Assembly (NCBI GenBank): GCA_045837725.1
Contig: JBEWZL010000137.1
Location: 124,001-187,247, forward strand
Origin: Vermamoeba vermiformis
Lineage: Eukaryota
Direction of reading: 5' to 3'
DNA: 63,247 bases
Under the pieces are notes generated by a model. That model did not search any database and was not told the DNA's origin. It saw nothing but the letters and a program-made list of their open reading frames with translations. The translations under genes and the position numbers were made by a program. Shown in pieces: positions 27,901-38,329 of this stretch. Each line of letters starts with the position of its first letter. The first letter of the stretch is position 1.

Positions 27901-28214
27901 TTAATTCAACAGTCCATTATACTTATGATCCTATAGCCGAATTTTTAATAATACGGTCTCATTTAAAGGTGCTCCATGATGCTGCGAAGAAACAACCAGT
28001 CGCATTTGTGAGTCTGACGTTGAATCTGGAACCATCGACTGAACCATTGAGTCCCGAGCACTTAGAGAAGATGAACTCGCTGAAACATTTAATTATCAAC
28101 TTATTTAAGGACGTTGATAAGGAGCTGAGTCTTATTTCATCGTTTGGAATCAATAATACGATGGCGTTGTCGGTGTTGAACTACATCCAGCAATTGTTGA
28201 GCAAACTCAACTAA
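21982..28214 (+). CDS. Large RhoGAP-domain protein with central Pro/Ser-rich region and helical C-terminus
   Basis: DGIFRVPG (arginine finger), VGGVFKQYLREQKEPLLT and NLMSMTNLAIVFSPTLL. Many GT-AG introns, with TAA at 28212-28214. Confidence 0.88.
24140..24720 (+). repeat. Imperfect coding tandem repeats (SPRKDS-type x3; SPRE[N/T]KPPTPRK x3) within the RhoGAP gene
   Basis: Repeated units ccgcgcaaagacagt/ccgcgtaaagatagc and ccgcgtgaaacaaagccaccaacaccacgcaaa are visible in both DNA and protein. Confidence 0.75.
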
Positions 28215-28516
28215 AACGTAATGTAAAATAGTAATTTAATAACCATACGATTTGATTCTCGTCTTTCGATTATTGTTCTAACGATAACCAGCCATTGCCC
28301 AGACTGTTCAATTTAATTGAACAATTGCAATGAAGCAGTAACAACAGAACTGATTCAGTTTAGATCATGAAAATTATATGTAACAATAGTAATTACGTCG
28401 TAATAATTAGCAGAAGAACAGAGCGGTAATTCCAGGCCGGAGAAAGAGTTGATCCGAAGGTTTCAAGTAAGCAACCACAAATTTCATTGTTTTTATTATT
28501 ATTCTGCTATGAAGAC

Positions 28517-30230
28517 ATGTTGTTATTTATATTATTTACCACAGCAGCTCTATTTGTAGCATGGTGGTGGATGCGAGAGCCCGTACCTGTGATTACTCAG
28601 TATACGCACTTGCCTACACCACCTCGTCTCTCCTTCGCCGAGGTAGTTTCTCTTATGAGACAAGCATCTAAGGAGAAGAAGGGCTTTTTGGAGACAGTGC
28701 AACAAAAGCATGGAGATCTCGTTTGGATCCGTGTTCCTCTGTTCCGAAACCTGGCTTTATTTTCGAGCCCGGCATATGCCAAGACTTTCTTTGGAGCAAA
28801 GGAAGCAGATTTTCTCGAAGGATTTAGAGTAAGGAATAATTTCGCCGATTAATTAAATTTCTATGGATTTGAAATTGATATTGTAAATATATTGCAGGTG
28901 ATCATTAATTTGGTTTTGCCGCCTCAATTTAGCGTGGATTTTAACTTCACTCAAACCTACACGAAGGCATTTTCAGCCGAGCGTTATGCCTACTTTGCCA
29001 AATTATTGAAAAAACAGGTGGATGCGTATTTTGATCGTCACTGGAGCGCAAAGACTCAAACTGTTAACCTCTTTACCGAAGTCGATCATTTGACATTGGA
29101 AGGAATGACGAGGTAAGACAGATTTCTTTAAAAATGAATTTTCTAACAGTTTGGATCCAGATCTTTCTTGGGCGAGGATTTACAAGGCAAAGAAATGGAT
29201 CGATTTATGCAACTAGTGAAAGAACTCGATATTGAAGATAGATTAACGCACTTCTCGCGCACTATTTACTGCATCTCTCCGTGGGGCAAGAAGAAGAGCA
29301 TCGCGCTGTTCAACGAGGTCTTAGTGATGATTAGCAAGGCCATCGACGAGAGAATTAGAAACAACAATACTGAGCCTGACTTTTTCAACTTTTTGATTCA
29401 AGAACTGCGCACTCCAAGCGGTAAGTTCGAACTCGGATCAGACTTTGTACCGGATCTAATTAGTTCTTAGGTGAGCCTGACTATCACTTAATCTCCTTGG
29501 GCCTTTTCAATATTATCTTCGCTGGTACTACAAACACATTTGCCACTAGTGCTTGGTCGCTCGCTTTCATCACTAGCAATCCTGACTTGGTACGAAGACG
29601 GATCCTGATCTCCTACTGATCTCGTTACTGATACGTGTATTACTAGAGAGCCAAGGTTACGGAAGAAAAAGAACAATATTTCGCAGCTCTCAAGCGCGGT
29701 GAAGACGTATCTAGTCTGCTAATCAACGGCCTGCCCTTCACTACACGCATGGTGCACGAGACTACTCGTCTCTGCATGAAAGGATTGGCGCCGAGATTTG
29801 CAATGGACGAATTGAATGTCGCTGAGAAGTTTGTTATTCCTAAAGGTACGTACCAGATTCGGATCTTGCTACAAAAAAATTCGCTAACAGCGGGCTATAT
29901 TCAAATTTAGGCTTTTATCTTATGTTCCCTTATGAACTTGTATCTCATAACGGAGGCGTTTATTCATCACCGCTGTCGCACAATCCGGATCGATTCCTTA
30001 CTGAAGGCAAAGAGGCGTTCCAGAACATTGGCTTTGGTGCCGGTCGTCATCCGTGCATTGGTGCTAAATTCGCATTGATGAATATTAAGACATTGGTATT
30101 TAGCTTCTTGGATCGATTTGATGCTCAATTGAAAGACGATGTGTACGAGCTGATCCCGAAAAATCAAGTAATTGGTGTATTTAGACCTGTTAAGCCTTGT
30201 ATGATTACCTTGACTCAAAAGGCGAAATAA
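28517..30230 (+). CDS. Cytochrome P450 (divergent, CYP51-like heme motif)
   Basis: N-terminal TM and Pro-rich hinge, I-helix FAGTTNT, ExxR (ETTR), NPDRF and heme motif FGAGRHPCIG. Confidence 0.92.
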
Positions 30231-30461
30231 ATATTGGCTTGTAGCGCCTTGTAACGTCTTTCCCGGTCGGATCTGCTGTCTCTTTCGTAATAATTTGTCC
30301 GCGAAAGAGATTTATCGTCGATTAGACTAAAATATATAATAGGAGCCCCATTTCATGAACTTAAGTCTTAAGACCAAAAAACGATTCATGGAATGCAATC
30401 ACGTGATTGCAGCTTTTTCAGTACACTTTTCAAACGACTATTATTAACTGCAACGGATACA

Positions 30462-31136
30462 ATGCACTACAAATCACTCATATTTATATCTTTACTGGCC
30501 TTTATTAGCGCAGTATACGGAGGCTGGAGAGTTCGCGCCGTCTGCGATCAGATGAATAAGCTACCTAAATTAATTATGGAAAATGGCAATTGCATTAAAT
30601 ACCCCGGAGATCGTTCGTATACGTACATTAATACTGCAGTGGATAAAGATGGACAAAAAACTATTAGGCAGTATTCCTGCCAGAAGGACTGCGCTATGAC
30701 CGGTTGTAAACAGAAAAAAGAGCACTTACTATCAGATGTCCGTCGAGTGAACTGTTCAAACGACACTCCCAAGCTCACCTTTTTTTTCGATAATGCTGAA
30801 GAGCCGGATCTTGCCAAGTACGCAGATTTGAATCGAAATCCTCATTATCACCGAGTCTTAAGCACTTACCCTGGCACTAAAAATCAATTAATCATCACCT
30901 ACTATCCGCCACACCACGCGGAACTGGGCATCTTTACCGGCCCGTGCACATCTGAAACCTGCATTGGAAAGTACGAGCTCAACCTTATCTATGACTACGG
31001 CGATTATTGTCCACCAAGAACAAATGATATTTCGAAGAATTTCACGATCAATAAGGGTCCGTACGAAGACGAGTGCTCCACCTTACACGAAGACGTAACT
31101 TGCGACATTTACGAAATGTGCACCGGTTATTATTAG
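30462..31136 (+). CDS. Intronless secreted cysteine-rich protein, unknown function
   Basis: Signal peptide MHYKSLIFISLLAFISAVYG and about 12 Cys in the mature region. Confidence 0.7.
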   Translation: MHYKSLIFISLLAFISAVYGGWRVRAVCDQMNKLPKLIMENGNCIKYPGDRSYTYINTAVDKDGQKTIRQYSCQKDCAMTGCKQKKEHLLSDVRRVNCSNDTPKLTFFFDNAEEPDLAKYADLNRNPHYHRVLSTYPGTKNQLIITYYPPHHAELGIFTGPCTSETCIGKYELNLIYDYGDYCPPRTNDISKNFTINKGPYEDECSTLHEDVTCDIYEMCTGYY

Positions 31137-31546
31137 TTAATTGGATAATATCAAGCGATGAAATAATAGGTCAATTATTCCAACACGAGAATAAAATTAT
31201 TATCACGCAGCACCAGAAAATATTTTGATCCACTGAGGTTACAGTAAAAATAACGGTTATTTCGTTTATTGAAGCTACTCCCTGCATATAATATAGTTCA
31301 ACTACTTGTGTTCGTACAGGAAACTCACACTTGTTGCTTGAGGTATTTTTAAAACCAAAATTATAGCCGTTTTCATACACTGCTTCACACCACATCGCAA
31401 TGCAATAATTATTAGCGACATAATATAATTATACATAATATAATTATGCACGCCTATCATCAATCTACGCTTGAAAGCCTGCTTCCGTTTCGTGGTTTTA
31501 TGGATCCAAGCACTGGCAAGTACTGTTTGAAGTATGTACATTTTAT

Positions 31547-33242
31547 TTACATTAACAAATTGTCTTCATCGAAGAGATCTAATATGTGACATAAAATCTC
31601 TTCTGGAAGAACTTTAAGATCACCTCGATCACTTTGATCAATGATTTTTCTTGCAAGATTAATTTGTTTTTCTAGTCGTGCAATCCTCCTAATACTGCAC
31701 CTATTATTTTGTAATATTTGATTAATTTTGTCTCCTAATTCGATCATTTTTGTATTTTCTGCTTCTTCCACCATGTCAAAATTAAATTTGGCAATCTTGT
31801 TCTTTGTAACAAGATCTAATATCAATTTTGCGGTCTCTTCATCCATGTATGCACCATAAATATCAATTTTCTTCAGTGTTCGGTGCTGATCGAGAGATCT
31901 GACGAAATTGTTTACGGATGCAGCTTCAACAGGACTTGACAGGTCTATTTCATCCAAATATACGCATATTTGTATTAAACATCTTCTACCAAGAGTTTTT
32001 ACGCGCTCTGTCAATCTTTCTAATTGTGCTGTATTGATAACGGATCCAGTCAAGTCCAAAACTTCTAGCGTTGTATCACTGTTCATCATTATAGTGCCAA
32101 TATAGTCCATAGTGGATGAAATGAACTTGCAGTACTTTAGTCGTAGCTTTTGAATCTCGCTACGGCGACTACAAAGACGCGCCAAAATTGGATCGGGATA
32201 GAGGTTTGCAAGATAAATATTGCTGATCGAGTGAGAGCCATTAAATATGTTGCTTATATATGTCGACTGGTCATACGTCAAGTTCGTCGAGAATTTGAGT
32301 TTCAGCTTGACCAATTTTGATTTTTTCGCGATCAAAGACGCGATCGACTTCAGAACTCGATCAGTGCAGTCTTCAATATACAAAGATAGCTTCTTAATGC
32401 GTCTACTGCGCGCTAAGGTGGTTGTGATCAGCTCCAAGTTGTCGCTATCGAAAATTGATAGACCAACGGATCTGACCTTCTTGTTGGCTCTTACAGCCGA
32501 CGCTATTAACGATGTGATTGAATATCTATCCGAGTCTTCTAAGTACTCGGGGTCTACTTTAACGAGGATTTGTTCTAGCTTCGTTTGTTGAATAATGCCG
32601 TGTAGAGCAGCTGTTGCATCTTGCGGTTGGAGACGCGTTACTTTGAGGATTTTAAGTCTAGGCAAATTCTTAATCATATCATGGCAGCCGAGAGTGGTCT
32701 GTTTAACTCAGTTAATATTATAAAATATAAATACTCTCTTAACTTACGTTTTGGAAAATTGGTGCAGATATCGAAAGCTTTAAGACCTTTGAAGATAGCA
32801 AGCCTCCAACGAAGGCCTCCATGTCTTCAAATGTGCAATCGATCATCTTCAAATTATGGACTGTTCCTTTAGCGAGCAATCGACAAAATTGCGTGGTGTC
32901 GCTTGACGAAATGTTTTGTGAGCTGATCGAAATGGTGCGCAGTGGAGTTTGTCCCAGCATTGAACATACTTCGCCAAATACTGCTATATTATTTTTAAAT
33001 GATATTGATCGTAAAGGCAGGCTTTGAATTCTTCTGGCAAACGTTGAGCGTTGAGAAAGGATTAGATTCGGAAAAACCATAGTTTCCAAATTGCGGCACG
33101 TTGGCACATATTCGATGAGAGTATTTCCGTCTTCTTCGCTAAGTACTGCATTATCATCCAGTGCCAGTTTTATATCTTTCGGGCATAGAAATTGGTTTGC
33201 GATAAGTCTATCACCTTTTCGCAACGCGAATCCACTTGTCAT
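31547..33242 (-). CDS. Leucine-rich repeat (RNI-like) protein
   Basis: LxxLxL repeats (LKILKV, IKKLSL, LEVLDL, LKKIDI). One intron at about 32680-32746 joins two ORFs. The 5' end may extend further. Confidence 0.75.
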
Positions 33243-33724
33243 TTGCCGTTCGGACTAAACCAAAGAATTATGATTACAATTACTAGCCTTACATCGACTT
33301 TACTAAGCTTACCTTCGCTTCGTATGTTGCTGATGTTTCACCGAATTAATTAAATGCCTGGGAAGTTCTCCAACCACCCCGAAAACTAATCAATCAATCA
33401 GCACGTGTTGCAATTTAATAATTGTTAACGAGAATTAGTTAACGAGCTTTTCAACTAGTTCCCGATTAGTGTGCTCAAAGTATGAGGCGTAAAAATGAAC
33501 GACTATCGGTAATGTAACTTCACTTATTGAAAGGCCGTAGAATCACAGGAGTATCCCGAAAACAAAGCCAAAAATATCTTTTCTCGGCCCGAGCAACGAA
33601 TACAAAGTGTCATTGGGTACGTATTCCACTGTCATATGTCAAAGATTTTCCGCGTGCCCCGAACTCTCCGGTCCCTTTGTGTTTGCAACTATTACGCGAT
33701 CTTTCGTCATTAATCAGCACAACT

Positions 33725-35494
33725 ATGTTTGATATTGCTATCGTTGGTGCCGGGCTTGCAGGAGCTGCCACAGCTGTACTGCTTGCGAAGCGAGATCCCA
33801 ACTTGAGGATCGCTTTGTTGGAGAAGCGGAGCGAAGAAGATATCGTCAATGAGGTATGTATACTTGTTTTATAACGTTGGAACTAATATATGACTTTAGA
33901 AAAGTGGTCGTGCAATCAATCTATTGTTGTCCCCGCGCGGAGTCAAAACATTAGAAAGATGTGGCTTGTCTAAGGCAGAACTGACTCAATACTTCAATAG
34001 AATCGATGGACGCATCGTGCACGTGAATAACCAGCCGTAAGTCTTTTTTTTTCACCAACACGACCTGGATCCACATCCAGCCACGTATCGCAACGTCTAA
34101 TCTCGTCCTTATTTACACTAGTCCTATGAGTGTGCCTTATGGCCCGAATCGCTTTAACTTATCTATCGGACGAGGCCAATTAGTCAGCAAGTTATTAAGC
34201 ATCGCACGAGGGCTACGTATTGAGATCATGTTGGGCCAAGAGCTCGTTGGACTCGAGTCCGCATGCAACAACACAACGCGCTTGACACTCGTGAATCAAA
34301 CAGAGTAAGCGCGGCTTGATCCAAAATTGCACGAAAATCTAATACTTTAATAGTGCTAGTATTAAAAGTTTGGAGTGTTCACTTGTGATCGCTTCCGATG
34401 GAATTCATTCCATGGCGCGCGGATTCGTGCCTGTCACATCTAAGAAAAAGTTCACTCATTACGGCTACAAAGTAAGGAGCTTTGACTATAAATTGATTCA
34501 CAATTAACCTTTATTATGCAGGAGCTTACTATAATGCCTTCAGAAGGAGATTATGCAATGGATCCGCACGGCATCCACATCTTCCCTCGAGGGAAATTCT
34601 TTATGGTAGCATTGCCGAACACCGACAAGACTTTCAGATGCACAATGATCCTGCCCTTAGAAGGCGAGATTAGTTTTGCAAGCCTAAATAACGAGCAGAA
34701 GGTCAAGGAGTTCTTCCAGATCCACTTCAGCGAAATCACGCCGCACATGCCCAACGTTACCAAAGAGTTCATGAATAATCCTACCAGCACCTTGGGCATG
34801 ATTAAGTGCAACTCCTTCCACTACAAGGTATGAGACATAATATAATCATTTCGAGTGTTTACTGAAAGATTCTTGTTTTTCAGGATCGATTTGTCCTGAT
34901 CGGGGACGCCGCGCACGCGATTCTTCCATTCTTAGGCCAAGGCATGAATTTAGGCCTCGAAGACGCATTGATTATCGACGATATTTACACGAGGTAATAC
35001 TGAATCACATAAATTACAAGGTCGGATCTGACACGCGATTTCTCGTAGAACGATGTCGCTTCAAAGCATCGGTCCTGAATTCACCCGCTTACAAAAGAAG
35101 AATGCAGACGCCATTCAAGACATGTCCGAGCAGAATTTTATTGAGTTATCGGCTAATTTAGGCAGCAATCGCTTCTTGGTTCAAAAGAAAGTAGAAAATG
35201 TATTAGCGAGCTATTTCGTACGTAATCAATGCTAATGTCATCTATAATGGATGCTAATTACGTTCTTTAGCCTTCTTTGTTCATGCCGCCACCTTTTATT
35301 TCAGTTAACTTTTTGGATCTGACTTACGATCAGTACGAACTACTTTCTATTCTCGTTTTAATACGTAAAGCTAACATATTATATAATGTAGAGTGCGCCA
35401 AGGCCTTGAAAGGAATAAAGCCATCGCATCTGGAGTTACAAAGGCTGCTGTTTTGACCTCAATACTTGGTGTCGCATTAAAAGCCAAGCTATAA
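33725..35494 (+). CDS. Kynurenine-3-monooxygenase-like FAD-dependent monooxygenase with C-terminal PTS1 (AKL)
   Basis: GAGLAG dinucleotide motif, [74 protein letters not shown] and NFIEL. The last exon reads ...[11 protein letters not shown] (TAA 35492-35494). Confidence 0.9.
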
Positions 35495-35518
35495 TAAAGA
35501 CCTCGCTTGTTTTATTAA

Positions 35519-36467
35519 TTACAGCTTTGATTGCAGCTTAACCATATTGCACCAAGTCTCTTCGGGCTCGGAGATCTGTTTTAAAGCTCCTGTTTCCATT
35601 CCCGCAAAAGTGAGCATGAAATGGCAATCAGAGCCGAGAGCTACGAATGTAAATCCTTCATTAATGCGGTCTCGAGCGTTTTGATGATCGCGACAAATGA
35701 TTCCAAGGGGAATATTGCGCTTTTTACAAGCGGATTTCACTTTCTCGATCGCTTCTACGAATTTCTTTTCGTTGCTCCAGAATTTAGCCGGCAGACCCAA
35801 TGATAAATGCAAGTCGTTAGGTCCAATGAATATTACGTCAATGCCCTATTTAAAAGATTCTCTTAGATCTGTCTTATTGCAATTCTTCGGTATCTGACGT
35901 TACCTCGACACTGGCAATATCTTCAATATTATCTACTGCTTCTTGAGTCTCGATTTGAATAGCCACAAGAATGTGCTTATTGGCTTGCGCGATGTAACTC
36001 GGGCGATTGACGCCGAATCCAAGATGTGGATCAAGTCCTCCGGCTCCGCGTTCTCCAAGTGGAGGATAACGGCTGTACTTAACTACATCTTCCGCATCTT
36101 TCTTAGTATTGATCATGGGCACTAGAATGCCTTGCGCGCCACAATCTAGCGCTCTTTTAATGTGATGAACTGTTCCTGCAATTACTCGCTCGATCGGCGT
36201 GATCCTGCCTTGCGAAACTAAGAATATGATGTTAGGCAAATCTTAAGTATACAGGAGGTACATACTATCTGATATCGCGGATAAATTAATCGACGCTTGT
36301 TGAGTATCAATTGGATTGTGTTCCAGATCGAGCAACATCCAGTCAAAACAGCCTTGAGCAGCTAATAATCGCGTTGCATAATATGAACCGAGTTGTAGCC
36401 ACGTGCCAACAGCTACTTTGCCGTTTCTAAGCAATTCTAAAGTCGTGTTAGGTCTCAGTGTCTGCAT
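35519..36467 (-). CDS. HpcH/HpaI-family class II pyruvate aldolase (about 280 aa) with C-terminal PTS1 (SKL)
   Basis: Exons 36467-36266, 36217-35904 and 35845-35519. Motifs DWMLLDLEH, ERV, ALDCGAQGILVPMI, RYPPLGERG, QIET and FIGPNDL. Ends LQSKL*. Confidence 0.93.
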
Positions 36468-36713
36468 CTGACGTCGCGTTACTCTTCGTATTAATTCAGT
36501 GCCGGACAGCTGCCTAAACAATCAAAGATTTCGGGGTCTACCGCTTCCCGAAAAAAAAATACTATTTTTGACTCACGGGAAAACATCCCGAGAGACACAG
36601 CTGAAAGATTTGACAGGTTTGTTATTGACACGTGACAGTTTCTATGTATTTTCGGTCCGGTTCCGCTTATTTAATTGACGCGAGAGTATCTTACTGAATA
36701 CTACACGACGACT
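36468..36713. promoter_or_regulatory. Putative bidirectional promoter between the aldolase and dehydrogenase genes
   Basis: Head-to-head ATGs separated by 246 bp, containing the near-palindrome TGACACGTGACA at 36626-36637. Confidence 0.5.
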
Positions 36714-37799
36714 ATGGCGCATCTTATTAATATCACCAACATCACGGCCAATCATCCGGGCTACGCAGTTGTACTACGTTGGCAAGTTGAGGATGTGATC
36801 GGCTTTACAGCGGTGCACACCTTCAAGCCCAACAACGTGGCAGGCGGAGGCACGAGAATACTGCCGTACAACACTGAACAAGACGCGCTGAACGATGCCC
36901 TGGCCTTAGCCTTAACAATGACTAAGAAAATGAAAACAGCTGGTGTTGCAATAGGCGGGGCCAAGACCGTCGTCCGCGTGAAACAATTGGACGCGCAACA
37001 GAAACGACTAGGGCTGTGGGGTGTGTCCGAGATTGTGAAACACTTTGAGGGCCGATTATTGACTGGATCTGATCTCAACACTGGCAACGACGAGATCGAG
37101 CTGTTGTATTCATTCGTGAAGAACAGCGCGGATAAACTTCAACGGTGCATAGTCCGCGAGAGCGAGGCGAAGGTGAGTCAAGCCACTGCTTTTGGTGTCG
37201 TTGGTGCGCTTCAAGCCGTAATTCAGACGCTGCATCTGCCTCGTCGTCCCAAGATCACCATTCAAGGTGCGTCTTAATAATCGATAATAGGCTGTAGTAT
37301 ACTAACGAGTAGTGACAAAGGCTTTGGTAACGTTGGATCGCACGTGGCGCGAATTTTGAAAAATGTTGCCGAGGTGACCGTTACGGATGCGGATCCTGCG
37401 CGACTTGCTGAAGCACAAAAACGCTTTGGTTTCAATATTGTAGCTTCAGAAGATGCATACAGCCTCTACTCCGACATATTCGTACCATGTGCGGAGAGCA
37501 GAGTGTTCACCACGGCTCGCCTACATCGTCTCAACACGAAGGTGATCTGCGGATGCACGAACAATCCGTTTGATTCCGAAGAAAGTGGCTTACCTATCGT
37601 AGCTAGAAAGCGCATTGTATATGTACCAGATTATATTGTTAACTCTGGTGGAGCTCTGCGCGTTGAATCGCATTATTACGCGATCAAGAGGACAGATGAA
37701 GACATTCAGCAGATTATTGGCAGTCAAGTAGCTAAATATTTACAACAATTAGATAATATGAGTTTGATTGTTCCTAATGCCGTCTCGGCCAAATTATAA
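36714..37799 (+). CDS. Glu/Leu/Phe/Val dehydrogenase, bacterial Leu/Phe/Trp-DH type (about 343 aa), C-terminal PTS1 (AKL)
   Basis: GGGTR, MTKK, GGAKTV (catalytic Lys), GSDLNT, SQATAFGV, FVPCA, CTNN and VPDYIVNSGG. Splicing intron 37267-37320 restores the Rossmann motif IQGFGNVG. Ends VSAKL*. Confidence 0.92.
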
Positions 37800-38329
37800 T
37801 AAATAAATCAAAAATAGAAGAAAAAAAAATAATTACTTCAATGGCGTAATATAGCAGATTGGTGTAGCATAAAATAACTACCAAGGTCTATTAGAAAATT
37901 TGGCCTACCTTGAAGTACAGGTTGATCTGAGCAATTCGCAACTAGCCGAAATGATTTAATTATCTGCTCTTTTGGCTGTGAAATAACTGGGTGAATAAAT
38001 GAATATAGGAAGATACGTTCATCAAGATATGTGTTCGTTCGAACCAAAAGATCGCGTTATTCCAATTTTCCACCAACAATCGGTTTTCAAACAAAAAATC
38101 TGACATGAATGACGGACAGCACAGCGGTAGTAGTTGTTGTACCGTGCATCATCAAGAACCAAGATGAGACTGACATGTGAATATAGTAGAGTGAGTCTTG
38201 TAGCCACTCCAAGTGTTGCTCTCGTTGGTCTATTTCTTTGATTTTTTAGATAGATATGTGCAGCTCTACCTCGTGAGCTATAGTATTCTAGAGTACCCCA
38301 TAGCACATTCAATCACACACAGCACAGTT

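Noticed and set aside
31302-31546. Continuation of the LRR gene past its stop (ORF 31302-31541)
   Set aside because: It is in a different frame, no intron restores the phase, and AATAAA follows the stop directly.
36520-36590. Upstream ATG plus GTGAGT donor as an extra first exon of the aldolase
   Set aside because: The phase does not match any nearby acceptor; every join tried hits a stop codon.
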